A DNA stretch of 64,000 nucleotides. It comes from Mycobacteriales bacterium (GTDB taxonomy: Bacteria; Actinomycetota; Actinomycetes; Mycobacteriales; SCTD01). Within the stretch, counting starts at the first letter, position 1, and each line of letters starts with the position of its first letter. Below are positions 26,338 through 34,398 of the stretch, piece by piece. Position numbers and translations under genes: made by a program. Under the pieces are notes generated by a model that saw only the letters and a list, made by a program, of their open reading frames with translations, was not told the DNA's origin and searched no databases. Location of the stretch: NCBI GenBank assembly GCA_035714445.1, contig DASTLY010000067.1, positions 9,498 through 73,497 of the forward strand, read 5' to 3'.

Positions 26338-29300
26338 ATGCGCCGCTTCACCCTGGTCGCCGGGGCCTCCGCCAAGTTCTGGGAGATCTCGCGGGACGAC
26401 GCCGCCGTGACGGTGCGCTTCGGTCGGCTCGAGACGCACGGGCAGACCAAGGTCAAGGACCTCGGCACCGCGGCGGCTGCCGTCGCCCACCTCGACGCGC
26501 TGGTCGCCGAGAAGCTGCGCAAGGGCTACACCGAGCAGCCGGGTGCGGCAGCCGAGCCCGCCGCAGAGCAGCCCGCTGCCCCGCCGGTGCCCGCTGCACC
26601 GCCGGTCCCCGCCGCCCCGCCAGTGCCGGTCGAGGCGCCCGAGGACCTGGCCGACGGCTCGTTCGAGCCACCGGCCGAGGACGAGTGGTCGGTGCCGGCG
26701 GCCGCGCGGGCCTCGGTCCACCCGATCCGCGGCGTCGACCCCGCCCGGGCCCCCGACCCGGACCCGGCGCCGTACGAGCGGGCGCTGGTCCAGCACCAGG
26801 CGCGGATCCGCGCGAGCATCGACCACCCGGCCACGGAGGACGACCTGCGGCAGGCGGGGCTGGCCGCCCTCGACGGCCGGCCGACAGCGCTCGGCGAGGC
26901 CGTCCTCGCCGCCGCCGTGGTCTACACGGGTGGCTACCGCAGGGCCGCCGATCTCGCCCGCAGCGCCTGGGACAGCTGGTGGCAGCGCCATCCCGCGGAC
27001 GTCGCCGTCCAGGCCCTGCTCGAGCTGTCGTTCCTGGCGCAGGCGGAGGGCTCGGACGCCCCCGGCGTCCAGCGCTCGCCCGGCATGCACGGGAGGCGCT
27101 ACAGCACGTCGCTCCCCATGCAGGAGCGCGCCCGCCGGGCGCTGGCGGCAGCGGACGACGACGCGTACGCCCGGGCGGTGGCCGTTCTCGAGCAGGCCGT
27201 GTCCGGTCCCGACGAGCTCGCCGTGGCCGCCTACCTCGCCCCCACCCGCCGGGACTGGGTAGCCGCAGCACTGTTACCGGAACCGACGGCACAGCCCCAC
27301 CTGCGCGAACGGCTGCTCGCCAGCGCGGCGACGGCCGAGCAGGCGGCGGCCGCCTGGCAGGCCCGCTCCAGGTCCTACGTCACCGTCGACCTGTCGCAGC
27401 TGACCTCGCTCGCGGCGCACCTCGGGCCGGCCGCCACGCCGGTGCTGCTCGCCGCGCTCGACGCGGCCCCCTCCGTCGACGACGCGCGCCGCATCCTGGA
27501 CCTGCTCGTCCTGCTCCCCGGCGAGCAGACGTTCCGCGGGCTGCTGCAGCGGCTGGACGTGCGCGGCGTCTCGCCCGCGGTGCTGGCGGCCAAGGAGCGC
27601 CAGCCGTTCCGGGCGACGCGGCTGCTCGCGGAGCAGGCCGCCGGCTCCTCGGCGACGGCCAGGACCTGCGCAGCGCTGCTGCGGACGCACCTGTCCGCCC
27701 ACCCTGAGACGACGGCCGTCGCGTCGCTGCTCGACCCGCCGGCCCGCGCGGCGCTGGCGGCGGCCGTACCGCCCCGGGACGAGCGTCCGGTGGCCGACCC
27801 CGCCCAGCTGCCGGGCGTGCTCACGGCGCCGCCCTGGGAGCGCCGCGGCCCGGCAGCCCGACCGGTCGTCGTGGCCGGTCTGGTCGCCGACGTCCCGGTG
27901 CAGGTGCGCTGGGAGCCGGGCGAGCGGGAGCGGTGGCGCGTCCGGCCGGGCCGGTGGGAGCGCTTCGCCCGCGACTGGGACACCGCGCTGCGCGAGCACC
28001 GCTACTCGCGCGTCGAGCTGCTCGCCGTCGCACCGCCCGCCATCGGACGCCCCTACCTCGAGGACACGTCCGGCGCCGTCCTGTGGACCGACCTGGCGAG
28101 CGCGCAAGGCGTGCTCGCCCAGTACGAGGCGGCCGCGGTGCCGCTCCTGCTCCAGCTGGCAAGCGACAGCGCCGGTCTGGCCGAGGCCCTGCTCCCGGTC
28201 GAGTTCGGCGACGTCGCGGTGGCGATGGCCGAGTGGCTGGCGCGGCGGCGCTCGGTGCGGCCGGTCGCGCTCGCATGGTTCGCACGGCACGCCGACGCGG
28301 CCGCGCGGGCGCTCGTCCCGGCCGCCCTCGACAAGCCGGGCGCCCGCCGACGCGCCGCCGAGCGCGCCCTGCGGGTGGTCGCGGCCCAGGATCCCGGCGT
28401 CGTCGAGCGGGCCGCCGCGTCGTACGGCCCGGCGGCCGCTGCTGGGACGGCGGCGGTGCTCGCCACCGACCCGCTCGACGTGCTGCCGGCGAAGGTCCCC
28501 CCGCTACCGACCTGGCTCGACGTGCACACCCTGCCGGCCGTCCTGCTCGCCGACGGCAGCGCCCGGCTCGACCCGGCCGCCGTACGCCGGCTGCTGACCT
28601 GCCTGGCGCTGTCCGAGCCGGACGAGCCGTACGCCGGGGTGGAGCAGGCCCTGCCCGCGCTGGACCCGGGGTCGGTCGCGGCCTGTGCCCGGGGGGCGCT
28701 GGCGGCCTGGCGGCTGGCCGACGAGCCGGCCAAGGAGGGCTGGGTGCTGCGCGCCCAGGGCCTGGTCGGCGACGACGAGACCGCCCGGCTGCTGAGCCCG
28801 ATGATCACGGCCTGGCCCAAGGCGGGTGGCAGCACCAAGGCGGGGACCGGCGTCGAGGTGCTCGCGGCGATCGGCTCCGACGTCGCGCTCATGCACCTGC
28901 ACCGGATCGCGGAGCGGGCACCGTCCAAGCCGCTGCGCGAGCGGGCGGGCGTGCTCGTGGGCCAGGTCGCGGACGACCTGGGCCTGACCCCCGACGAGCT
29001 GGGCGACCGGCTGGTCCCCGACTTCGGGCTCGACGGGGACGGCCGGACCGTCCTCGACTACGGCCCACGGCAGTTCGTGGTCGGGTTCGACGAGGCCCTC
29101 AAGCCCTACGTCGAGGAGGGCGGCACCCGCCGGCCCGCGCTGCCCAAGCCCGCCGCCAAGGACGACCCGGAGCTGGCGCCCGCCGCGTACGCGCGGTTCG
29201 CCGGGCTGAGAAAGGACGTCAAGGTCGTGGCGGCCGACCAGCTGCGGCGCTTCGAGCGGGCGATGGTGGACCAGCGGCGCTGGACCGCCGCCGACCAGCG

Positions 29301-29928
29301 CCGGCTGCTCGTCGAGCACCCGCTGCTGTGGCACCTGGCCCGCCGGCTGGTCTGGGCGGTCTTCGAGGACGGGCCGCCGCGGGCGTTCCGGGTCGCGGAG
29401 GACCGCACCCTCGCCGACCGGAACGATGCCGAGTTCACCCTGCCGGGCGACGCGACCGTGGGCGTCGCGCACCCGCTGCACCTGGGCGAGGACGTCGCGG
29501 TCTGGGCCGAGCTGTTCGCCGACTACGAGGTGATGCAGCCCTTCCCCCAGCTCGGCCGCGAGGTCCTGCACCTGACGCCGCAGGAGCGGACCGCGACCGC
29601 GCTGACCCGCTTCGCCGACACGAGCATCGAGACGACCCGGCTGTTCGGCCTGGCGTCCCGGGGCTGGGAGCGCTCGTCGGCGCAGGACGGCGGCCTGCAG
29701 GACCGCCTGGAGAGGCAGCTGCCCGGCGGGCTGGTCGCCGTCGTGCACCTCGACCCGGGCATCGCGGCGGGCATGCCCGACGCCCTGCCGGAGCAGCGCC
29801 TGACCGCTGTGCACGTGCTGCCGGCCGACGCCGACCCGTACGCCGCCGGCGAGGCCCTCGCTCTCGGCGCTCTCGACGACGTCACCGCCTCGGAGGTCCT
29901 GCGCGACCTCACCCGCGTGGCGGGCTGA
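26338..29928 (+). CDS. WGR domain + long helical region + C-terminal DUF4132 protein (MolR/YehI-like, 1196 aa)
   Basis: N-terminal WGR domain MRRFTLVAGASAKFWEISRDDAAVTVRFGRLETHGQTKVKD...EKLRKGY. C-terminal block ...RRWTAADQRRLLVEHPLLWHLARRLVWAVFEDG...FADYEVMQPFPQLGRE matches my recollection of DUF4132. First gene of a coupled operon. Confidence 0.85.
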   Translation: MRRFTLVAGASAKFWEISRDDAAVTVRFGRLETHGQTKVKDLGTAAAAVAHLDALVAEKLRKGYTEQPGAAAEPAAEQPAAPPVPAAPPVPAAPPVPVEAPEDLADGSFEPPAEDEWSVPAAARASVHPIRGVDPARAPDPDPAPYERALVQHQARIRASIDHPATEDDLRQAGLAALDGRPTALGEAVLAAAVVYTGGYRRAADLARSAWDSWWQRHPADVAVQALLELSFLAQAEGSDAPGVQRSPGMHGRRYSTSLPMQERARRALAAADDDAYARAVAVLEQAVSGPDELAVAAYLAPTRRDWVAAALLPEPTAQPHLRERLLASAATAEQAAAAWQARSRSYVTVDLSQLTSLAAHLGPAATPVLLAALDAAPSVDDARRILDLLVLLPGEQTFRGLLQRLDVRGVSPAVLAAKERQPFRATRLLAEQAAGSSATARTCAALLRTHLSAHPETTAVASLLDPPARAALAAAVPPRDERPVADPAQLPGVLTAPPWERRGPAARPVVVAGLVADVPVQVRWEPGERERWRVRPGRWERFARDWDTALREHRYSRVELLAVAPPAIGRPYLEDTSGAVLWTDLASAQGVLAQYEAAAVPLLLQLASDSAGLAEALLPVEFGDVAVAMAEWLARRRSVRPVALAWFARHADAAARALVPAALDKPGARRRAAERALRVVAAQDPGVVERAAASYGPAAAAGTAAVLATDPLDVLPAKVPPLPTWLDVHTLPAVLLADGSARLDPAAVRRLLTCLALSEPDEPYAGVEQALPALDPGSVAACARGALAAWRLADEPAKEGWVLRAQGLVGDDETARLLSPMITAWPKAGGSTKAGTGVEVLAAIGSDVALMHLHRIAERAPSKPLRERAGVLVGQVADDLGLTPDELGDRLVPDFGLDGDGRTVLDYGPRQFVVGFDEALKPYVEEGGTRRPALPKPAAKDDPELAPAAYARFAGLRKDVKVVAADQLRRFERAMVDQRRWTAADQRRLLVEHPLLWHLARRLVWAVFEDGPPRAFRVAEDRTLADRNDAEFTLPGDATVGVAHPLHLGEDVAVWAELFADYEVMQPFPQLGREVLHLTPQERTATALTRFADTSIETTRLFGLASRGWERSSAQDGGLQDRLERQLPGGLVAVVHLDPGIAAGMPDALPEQRLTAVHVLPADADPYAAGEALALGALDDVTASEVLRDLTRVAG
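26575..26628 (+). repeat. 3 x 18-nt in-frame tandem repeat encoding (AAPPVP)x3 in the linker after the WGR domain
   Basis: gctgccccgccggtgccc / gctgcaccgccggtcccc / gccgccccgccagtgccg, read directly from the sequence. Confidence 0.85.
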
Positions 29929-31017
29929 GTGGCCGGGTCGGCCGACCAGCGGCCACCGGCGGAGCTCCGGTACGCCGCCGAGCTGGAGCGGCTGCGCGCC
30001 GACGACCGCGACCCGCGGCCGCCGGGCTGGCAGCTGAGCCTCACGGCCGCCCGCCGGTTCGTCGTGGGCGACCCGCGGGCCGGGGTGGAGCGCAAGTTCG
30101 TCGGTGACCCCTCGCTGGTCGACCGGGCCCTCGTCACGCTCGCGACCGGCCGGGGGCTGCTGCTGACCGGCGACCCGGGGACCGCGAAGTCGCTGCTGTC
30201 GGAGCTGCTCGCCGTGGCGGTCAGCGGCACCTCCACCTTGACGATCCAGGGCGGGGCGGCGACGACCGAGGACCAGGTCCGGTACGGCTGGAACTACGCC
30301 CTGCTCATCGCCGAGGGCCCGTCCGAGCGCTCGATCGTGCCCGCCCCGGTGCTGCGCGGGATGGCCGAGGGCAAGGTCGTCCGGTTCGAGGAGCTCACCC
30401 GTTGCGCGCCGGAGGTGCAGGACAGCCTGCTGTCGCTGCTGTCGGACCGGGTGCTGGCGATCCCCGAGCTGCCCGGTGAGCTCGGGATGGTGCTGGCGCA
30501 GGACGGCTTCAACGTCATCGCGACCGCCAACACCCGCGACCGCGGGGTGAACGAGATGAGCGCCGCGCTCAAGCGCCGGTTCAACTTCGAGACGGTCTTC
30601 CCGATCGCCGACCTCGACACCGAGCTCGCCCTGGTGACCGCCGAGGCGACCCGGCTGCTGGCCCGCTCGGGGGTGCAGGCCAGCCCCAGCCGCGACGTGC
30701 TCGAGGTGCTGGTCACGACCTTCCGCGAGCTCCGCAACGGGGTCACCGAGGACGGCGACGCGCTCGACCGGATGAGCTCGGTGATGAGCACCGCCGAGGC
30801 CGTGCAGGTCGCGCACGCGGTCGGCGTACGCGGCTGGTTCCTGCGCGGGGAGGCCGGCACCGCCGCCGACGTCGTGGAGTGCCTGGCCGGTACGGCGGCC
30901 AAGGACAGCCCGGAGGACCTCGCCCGCCTGCGCCGCTACCTCGAGCAGGTCGTGCCACGCAAGCGCGGCCGGCAGTGGCGGGCGGTGCACGACGCCCGGC
31001 ACGCTCTGCCCGGTTGA
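29929..31017 (+). CDS. MoxR-like AAA+ ATPase (YehL-like)
   Basis: Walker A LLLTGDPGTAKS. Walker B-like KVVRFEELTRC. Sensor-1 VIATANTR. Arg-finger region SAALKRRF. GTG start abuts the stop of the previous gene (TGAGTG at 29926-29931). Confidence 0.85.
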   Translation: MAGSADQRPPAELRYAAELERLRADDRDPRPPGWQLSLTAARRFVVGDPRAGVERKFVGDPSLVDRALVTLATGRGLLLTGDPGTAKSLLSELLAVAVSGTSTLTIQGGAATTEDQVRYGWNYALLIAEGPSERSIVPAPVLRGMAEGKVVRFEELTRCAPEVQDSLLSLLSDRVLAIPELPGELGMVLAQDGFNVIATANTRDRGVNEMSAALKRRFNFETVFPIADLDTELALVTAEATRLLARSGVQASPSRDVLEVLVTTFRELRNGVTEDGDALDRMSSVMSTAEAVQVAHAVGVRGWFLRGEAGTAADVVECLAGTAAKDSPEDLARLRRYLEQVVPRKRGRQWRAVHDARHALPG

Positions 31018-31027
31018 GGAGGCGCGG

Positions 31028-33277
31028 GTGAGCCTCACCGTCGTCGGGGTGCGGCACCACAGCCCCGCGTGCGCCCGGCTGGTGCAGCGCACGATCGAGC
31101 GGCTGCGGCCGGCGCACGTGCTCGTGGAGGGCCCGGCGGACATGAACGGGCGCATCGACGAGCTGCTGCTCGACCACGAGCTGCCGGTGGCGGTGTTCTC
31201 CAGCCTGCGCACCGACGAGCGGGTCCTGCGCTCCTGGAGCCCGCTGTGCGCGCACTCCCCCGAGCAGGTCGCGCTGCGGGCCGGCCGCGAGGCCGGGGCG
31301 CAGGTGCGCTTCATGGACCTGCCGGCCTGGCACCCGGCGTTCGGCGAGCGCGAGAACCGCTACAGCGACGCCGAGCGGCGCTACGCGCGGGTGCAGCAGC
31401 GGCTGTGCGAGCAGTTCGGCGTCGACAACACCGACGTGCTCTGGGACACCCTCGTCGAGGTCCCGGACGACACCGACCTCGCCGAGCGCCTCGCGGCGTA
31501 CTTCGACCTGCTCCGCGACGACCTGCCCGCCACCGACGGCGACGCGGCGCGGGAGGCGTACATGGCGGCGTGGCTGCGGGCCGCCGTCGCCGACGCGCAG
31601 GGGCGCCCGGTCGTCGCGGTCTGCGGCGGCTTCCACCGGCAGGCGCTGCTGAGGCTGGCCGCGGCGGACCCGGCCGACCCGGGCTGGCCGGAGGTGCCGG
31701 AGCCGCCCGAGGGCGCCGTCGGCGGCAGCTTCATCGTGCCGTTCTCCTTCCGTCGCCTCGACGCGTTCGCCGGCTACGCCAGCGGGATGCCGTCGCCCGG
31801 CTACTACCAGGACCTGTGGGAGGTCGGCGCCGCCGAGGCCGCGCAGCGGGTGACCCGGCGGGTCGTGCAGCGGCTGCGGGCCCGCCGCCAGCCGGTCTCG
31901 ACCGCCGACCTGGTGGCCGCCGCCGCGCTCACCGCGGGCCTCGCCCAGCTGCGCGGCCACGCCGTGCCCGCGCGCACCGACGTGCTCGACGGGCTGGTGT
32001 CGGCGCTGGTGAGCGACGCGCTCGAGGTGCCGCTGCCCTGGGCCGGGCCCGGCCGGCTGCGGGTCGGCACGGATGCCGTCGTCGTGGAGATGGTCGCGGC
32101 GCTGTCCGGCGACGCGGTCGGCCGGCTGCACCCCGACACCCCCGCGCCGCCGCTGGTGCACGACGTGGCGGCCGAGCTGGAGCGGCACGCCGTCCCGGAG
32201 GCGGGCGGGCTCACGGTCCTGCTCGCCGACGAGCCGGGCCTGTCCCGCAGCCGGGTGCTGCACCGGCTGGCCGTGCTCGGCCTGCCCGGCTGGGACCTGC
32301 TCGGGGTCAGCACCGACGGCGTGCAGGAGCGGTGGGAGTGCACGCCCGACGAGCACCGGCACGCCGCGCTGGCCGAGGCGGGGGCGTACGGCCGGACGCT
32401 CGCCGAGGCCGCCGGCGCGCGGCTCGCCGAGCGCGCCGAGCAGGCCGGGGGCAGCCCGGGCGCGCTCGCCGACGTGCTCGAGGCGGCCGTGCGCTGCGGG
32501 CTCGCGGCCGCGACCCGGCTCGTCGTGGACGCCGTGGGCGCTGCGGTCCGGACGGTCCCCGTGCTCGACGGGATGGGCGAGCTGCTCCGCACCGTCGTCC
32601 GGGTGCGCCGACGAACCCCCGGCTCCGAGCTGCTCCCGCTGCTGGGCGCCGCCGTCCGGCGCACCCTGTGGCTGCTCGAGGGCGAGACGGGCGCGCAGGC
32701 GCCCGCCGACCCCGCGCGCGAGCTCGCGGTCCTCGGCCTGCGCGACGCCGCCCTCGACACCGGCGACCGGCCCGCGGTGCTGGACCTGGCCCGCCGGCTC
32801 GCCGACGACCGGGAGCGCCCGGCCGACCTGCGCGGGGCGTGCGTGGGACTGCTGTGGGTGCTGGAGCCGACCGGCGGCAGCGGCGCCGCCGCGGCCTCCG
32901 CGGCCCGGTCGGCGACGACGCCGGGCCGGCTCGGCGACTGGCTCGCGGGGCTGTTCGCCGTGGCGCGTGAGCAGGTGCTGCTGGACGACACCGACGACGG
33001 CGTGCTGGCGGCCGTCGACGCCACCCTCACCCGGCTGACCAGCGGGGACTTCCTGGCGGCCCTGCCCGCCCTGCGGCAGGCCTTTGCGTGGTTCCCGCCC
33101 CGCGAGCGCGAGCAGGTGGCCGCCCTGCTCCTGGCCCGGCGCGGGCTGCGCGGCTCGGCCGCCGCCCTGCTGCGCACCGCCGCCGACCCGCTGCTGCTCG
33201 CCCGGGCCGCCGAGGTCGAGGCGCGGGTGACCGGGCTGCTCACCCGCGAGCACCTGCTCCTGGGCGTCGACCCGTGA
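31028..33277 (+). CDS. DUF5682-like protein (YehM-like, 749 aa) with TraB/TIKI-like N-terminal motif
   Basis: N-terminus LTVVGVRHHSPACARLVQRTIERLRPAHVLVEGPADMNGR. GAGGAGG Shine-Dalgarno 6 nt upstream of GTG 31028. Position between the AAA+ and vWA genes. Confidence 0.8.
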   Translation: MSLTVVGVRHHSPACARLVQRTIERLRPAHVLVEGPADMNGRIDELLLDHELPVAVFSSLRTDERVLRSWSPLCAHSPEQVALRAGREAGAQVRFMDLPAWHPAFGERENRYSDAERRYARVQQRLCEQFGVDNTDVLWDTLVEVPDDTDLAERLAAYFDLLRDDLPATDGDAAREAYMAAWLRAAVADAQGRPVVAVCGGFHRQALLRLAAADPADPGWPEVPEPPEGAVGGSFIVPFSFRRLDAFAGYASGMPSPGYYQDLWEVGAAEAAQRVTRRVVQRLRARRQPVSTADLVAAAALTAGLAQLRGHAVPARTDVLDGLVSALVSDALEVPLPWAGPGRLRVGTDAVVVEMVAALSGDAVGRLHPDTPAPPLVHDVAAELERHAVPEAGGLTVLLADEPGLSRSRVLHRLAVLGLPGWDLLGVSTDGVQERWECTPDEHRHAALAEAGAYGRTLAEAAGARLAERAEQAGGSPGALADVLEAAVRCGLAAATRLVVDAVGAAVRTVPVLDGMGELLRTVVRVRRRTPGSELLPLLGAAVRRTLWLLEGETGAQAPADPARELAVLGLRDAALDTGDRPAVLDLARRLADDRERPADLRGACVGLLWVLEPTGGSGAAAASAARSATTPGRLGDWLAGLFAVAREQVLLDDTDDGVLAAVDATLTRLTSGDFLAALPALRQAFAWFPPREREQVAALLLARRGLRGSAAALLRTAADPLLLARAAEVEARVTGLLTREHLLLGVDP

Positions 33278-34398
33278 CCGGGCCGGACGCGGACCTCGAG
33301 CGGTGGCGGCTGGTGCTGGGCAGCGCCGCCGAGGGCGCGCTCGGCAGCGGCGCGCTGGGCGGGTCGGCCGCCCGCCAGGACGCCGCCCTCGACTGGCTGT
33401 ACGGGCGCGACCCGGAGCTCGGCCGGCGCGGCGAGCGGGCGGCGGGCTCCGGCCCGAGCCCGCTGACCGCCGTGGACTGGCTCGACGAGATCCACGAGCT
33501 GTTCCCGCGCGCGGTGGTGGAGCGGCTGGAGCGTGACGCGGTGGAGCGCTACGACATCCACGAGATCGTCACCGACCCGGCTGTCCTGCAGCGGGTCGAG
33601 CCCAACCCCGGGCTGCTGCGCGCGGTCCTGCGTACCAAGCACCTGATGAACCCGGACGTCCTGGTGCTGGCCCGACGCCTGGTGGCCGAGGTCGTCCGCC
33701 GGCTGCAGGAGCAGCTCGCCACGCAGGTGCGGCAGTCCTTCTCCGGCGCCCGGTCACGCCAGCGGTCCCGGCTGGCCCGGGCCGCAGCCTTCGACGCCGC
33801 GCGGACGGTACGGGCCAACCTCAGGCACTACCAGGGCGAGCAGCGGCGGCTGGTGGTGCAGACGCCGTGCTTCCTGGCCCGGCAGCGGCGCGAGGTCGAC
33901 GAGTGGCAGGTGATCCTCGTCGTCGACCAGTCGGGCTCGATGGTCGGCTCGGTCATCCACTCCGCCGTCACCGCGGCCTGCCTGTGGGGCCTGCCCGGTG
34001 TGCGGGCGCACCTGGTGGTCTTCGACACCGAGGTGGTCGACCTGACCTCCGACGTGGACGACCCGGTCGAGGTGCTCATGCGCACCCAGCTCGGCGGCGG
34101 CACGGACATCGCCAAGGCGATGGCGTACGCCGCCGACCTCGTACGCACCCCCCGGCGCACCGTCGTCGCGCTGGTCACCGACTTCTTCGAGGGCGGCGAC
34201 CGCGGCTGGCTCGAGCGCACCGTGCGCGAGCTCGTCGACCAGGGCAGCACGGTGCTCGGGCTGGCGGCGCTCGACGAGGACTCGGCACCGGCGTACGACC
34301 GGGAGCTGGCGCAGCGCCTGGCCGATCTCGGCATGCACGTGGGGGCGATGACGCCGGGCGAGCTCGTGGAGTTCGTGGCCGAGACGGTGGGCCGCTAG
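33274..34398 (+). CDS. von Willebrand factor A (vWA) domain protein (YehP-like)
   Basis: MIDAS motif VILVVDQSGSM, with downstream GGGTDI and LVTDFFEGG. GTGA overlap with the previous gene at 33274-33277. Confidence 0.85.
   Translation: MTGPDADLERWRLVLGSAAEGALGSGALGGSAARQDAALDWLYGRDPELGRRGERAAGSGPSPLTAVDWLDEIHELFPRAVVERLERDAVERYDIHEIVTDPAVLQRVEPNPGLLRAVLRTKHLMNPDVLVLARRLVAEVVRRLQEQLATQVRQSFSGARSRQRSRLARAAAFDAARTVRANLRHYQGEQRRLVVQTPCFLARQRREVDEWQVILVVDQSGSMVGSVIHSAVTAACLWGLPGVRAHLVVFDTEVVDLTSDVDDPVEVLMRTQLGGGTDIAKAMAYAADLVRTPRRTVVALVTDFFEGGDRGWLERTVRELVDQGSTVLGLAALDEDSAPAYDRELAQRLADLGMHVGAMTPGELVEFVAETVGR

Noticed and set aside
24081-26522. 813-aa minus-strand ORF antisense to the acetoacetyl-CoA synthetase gene
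   Set aside because: R/P/G/A-dominated composition with no motifs. The sense frame has canonical AMP-binding motifs.
28504-33642. Series of very long minus-strand ORFs (936, 836 and 612 aa) antisense to the WGR/AAA+/DUF5682/vWA genes
   Set aside because: Shadow ORFs with about 20 % Arg plus high Gly/Pro. The plus-strand frames carry Walker, MIDAS and SWIM motifs and coupled start/stop overlaps.
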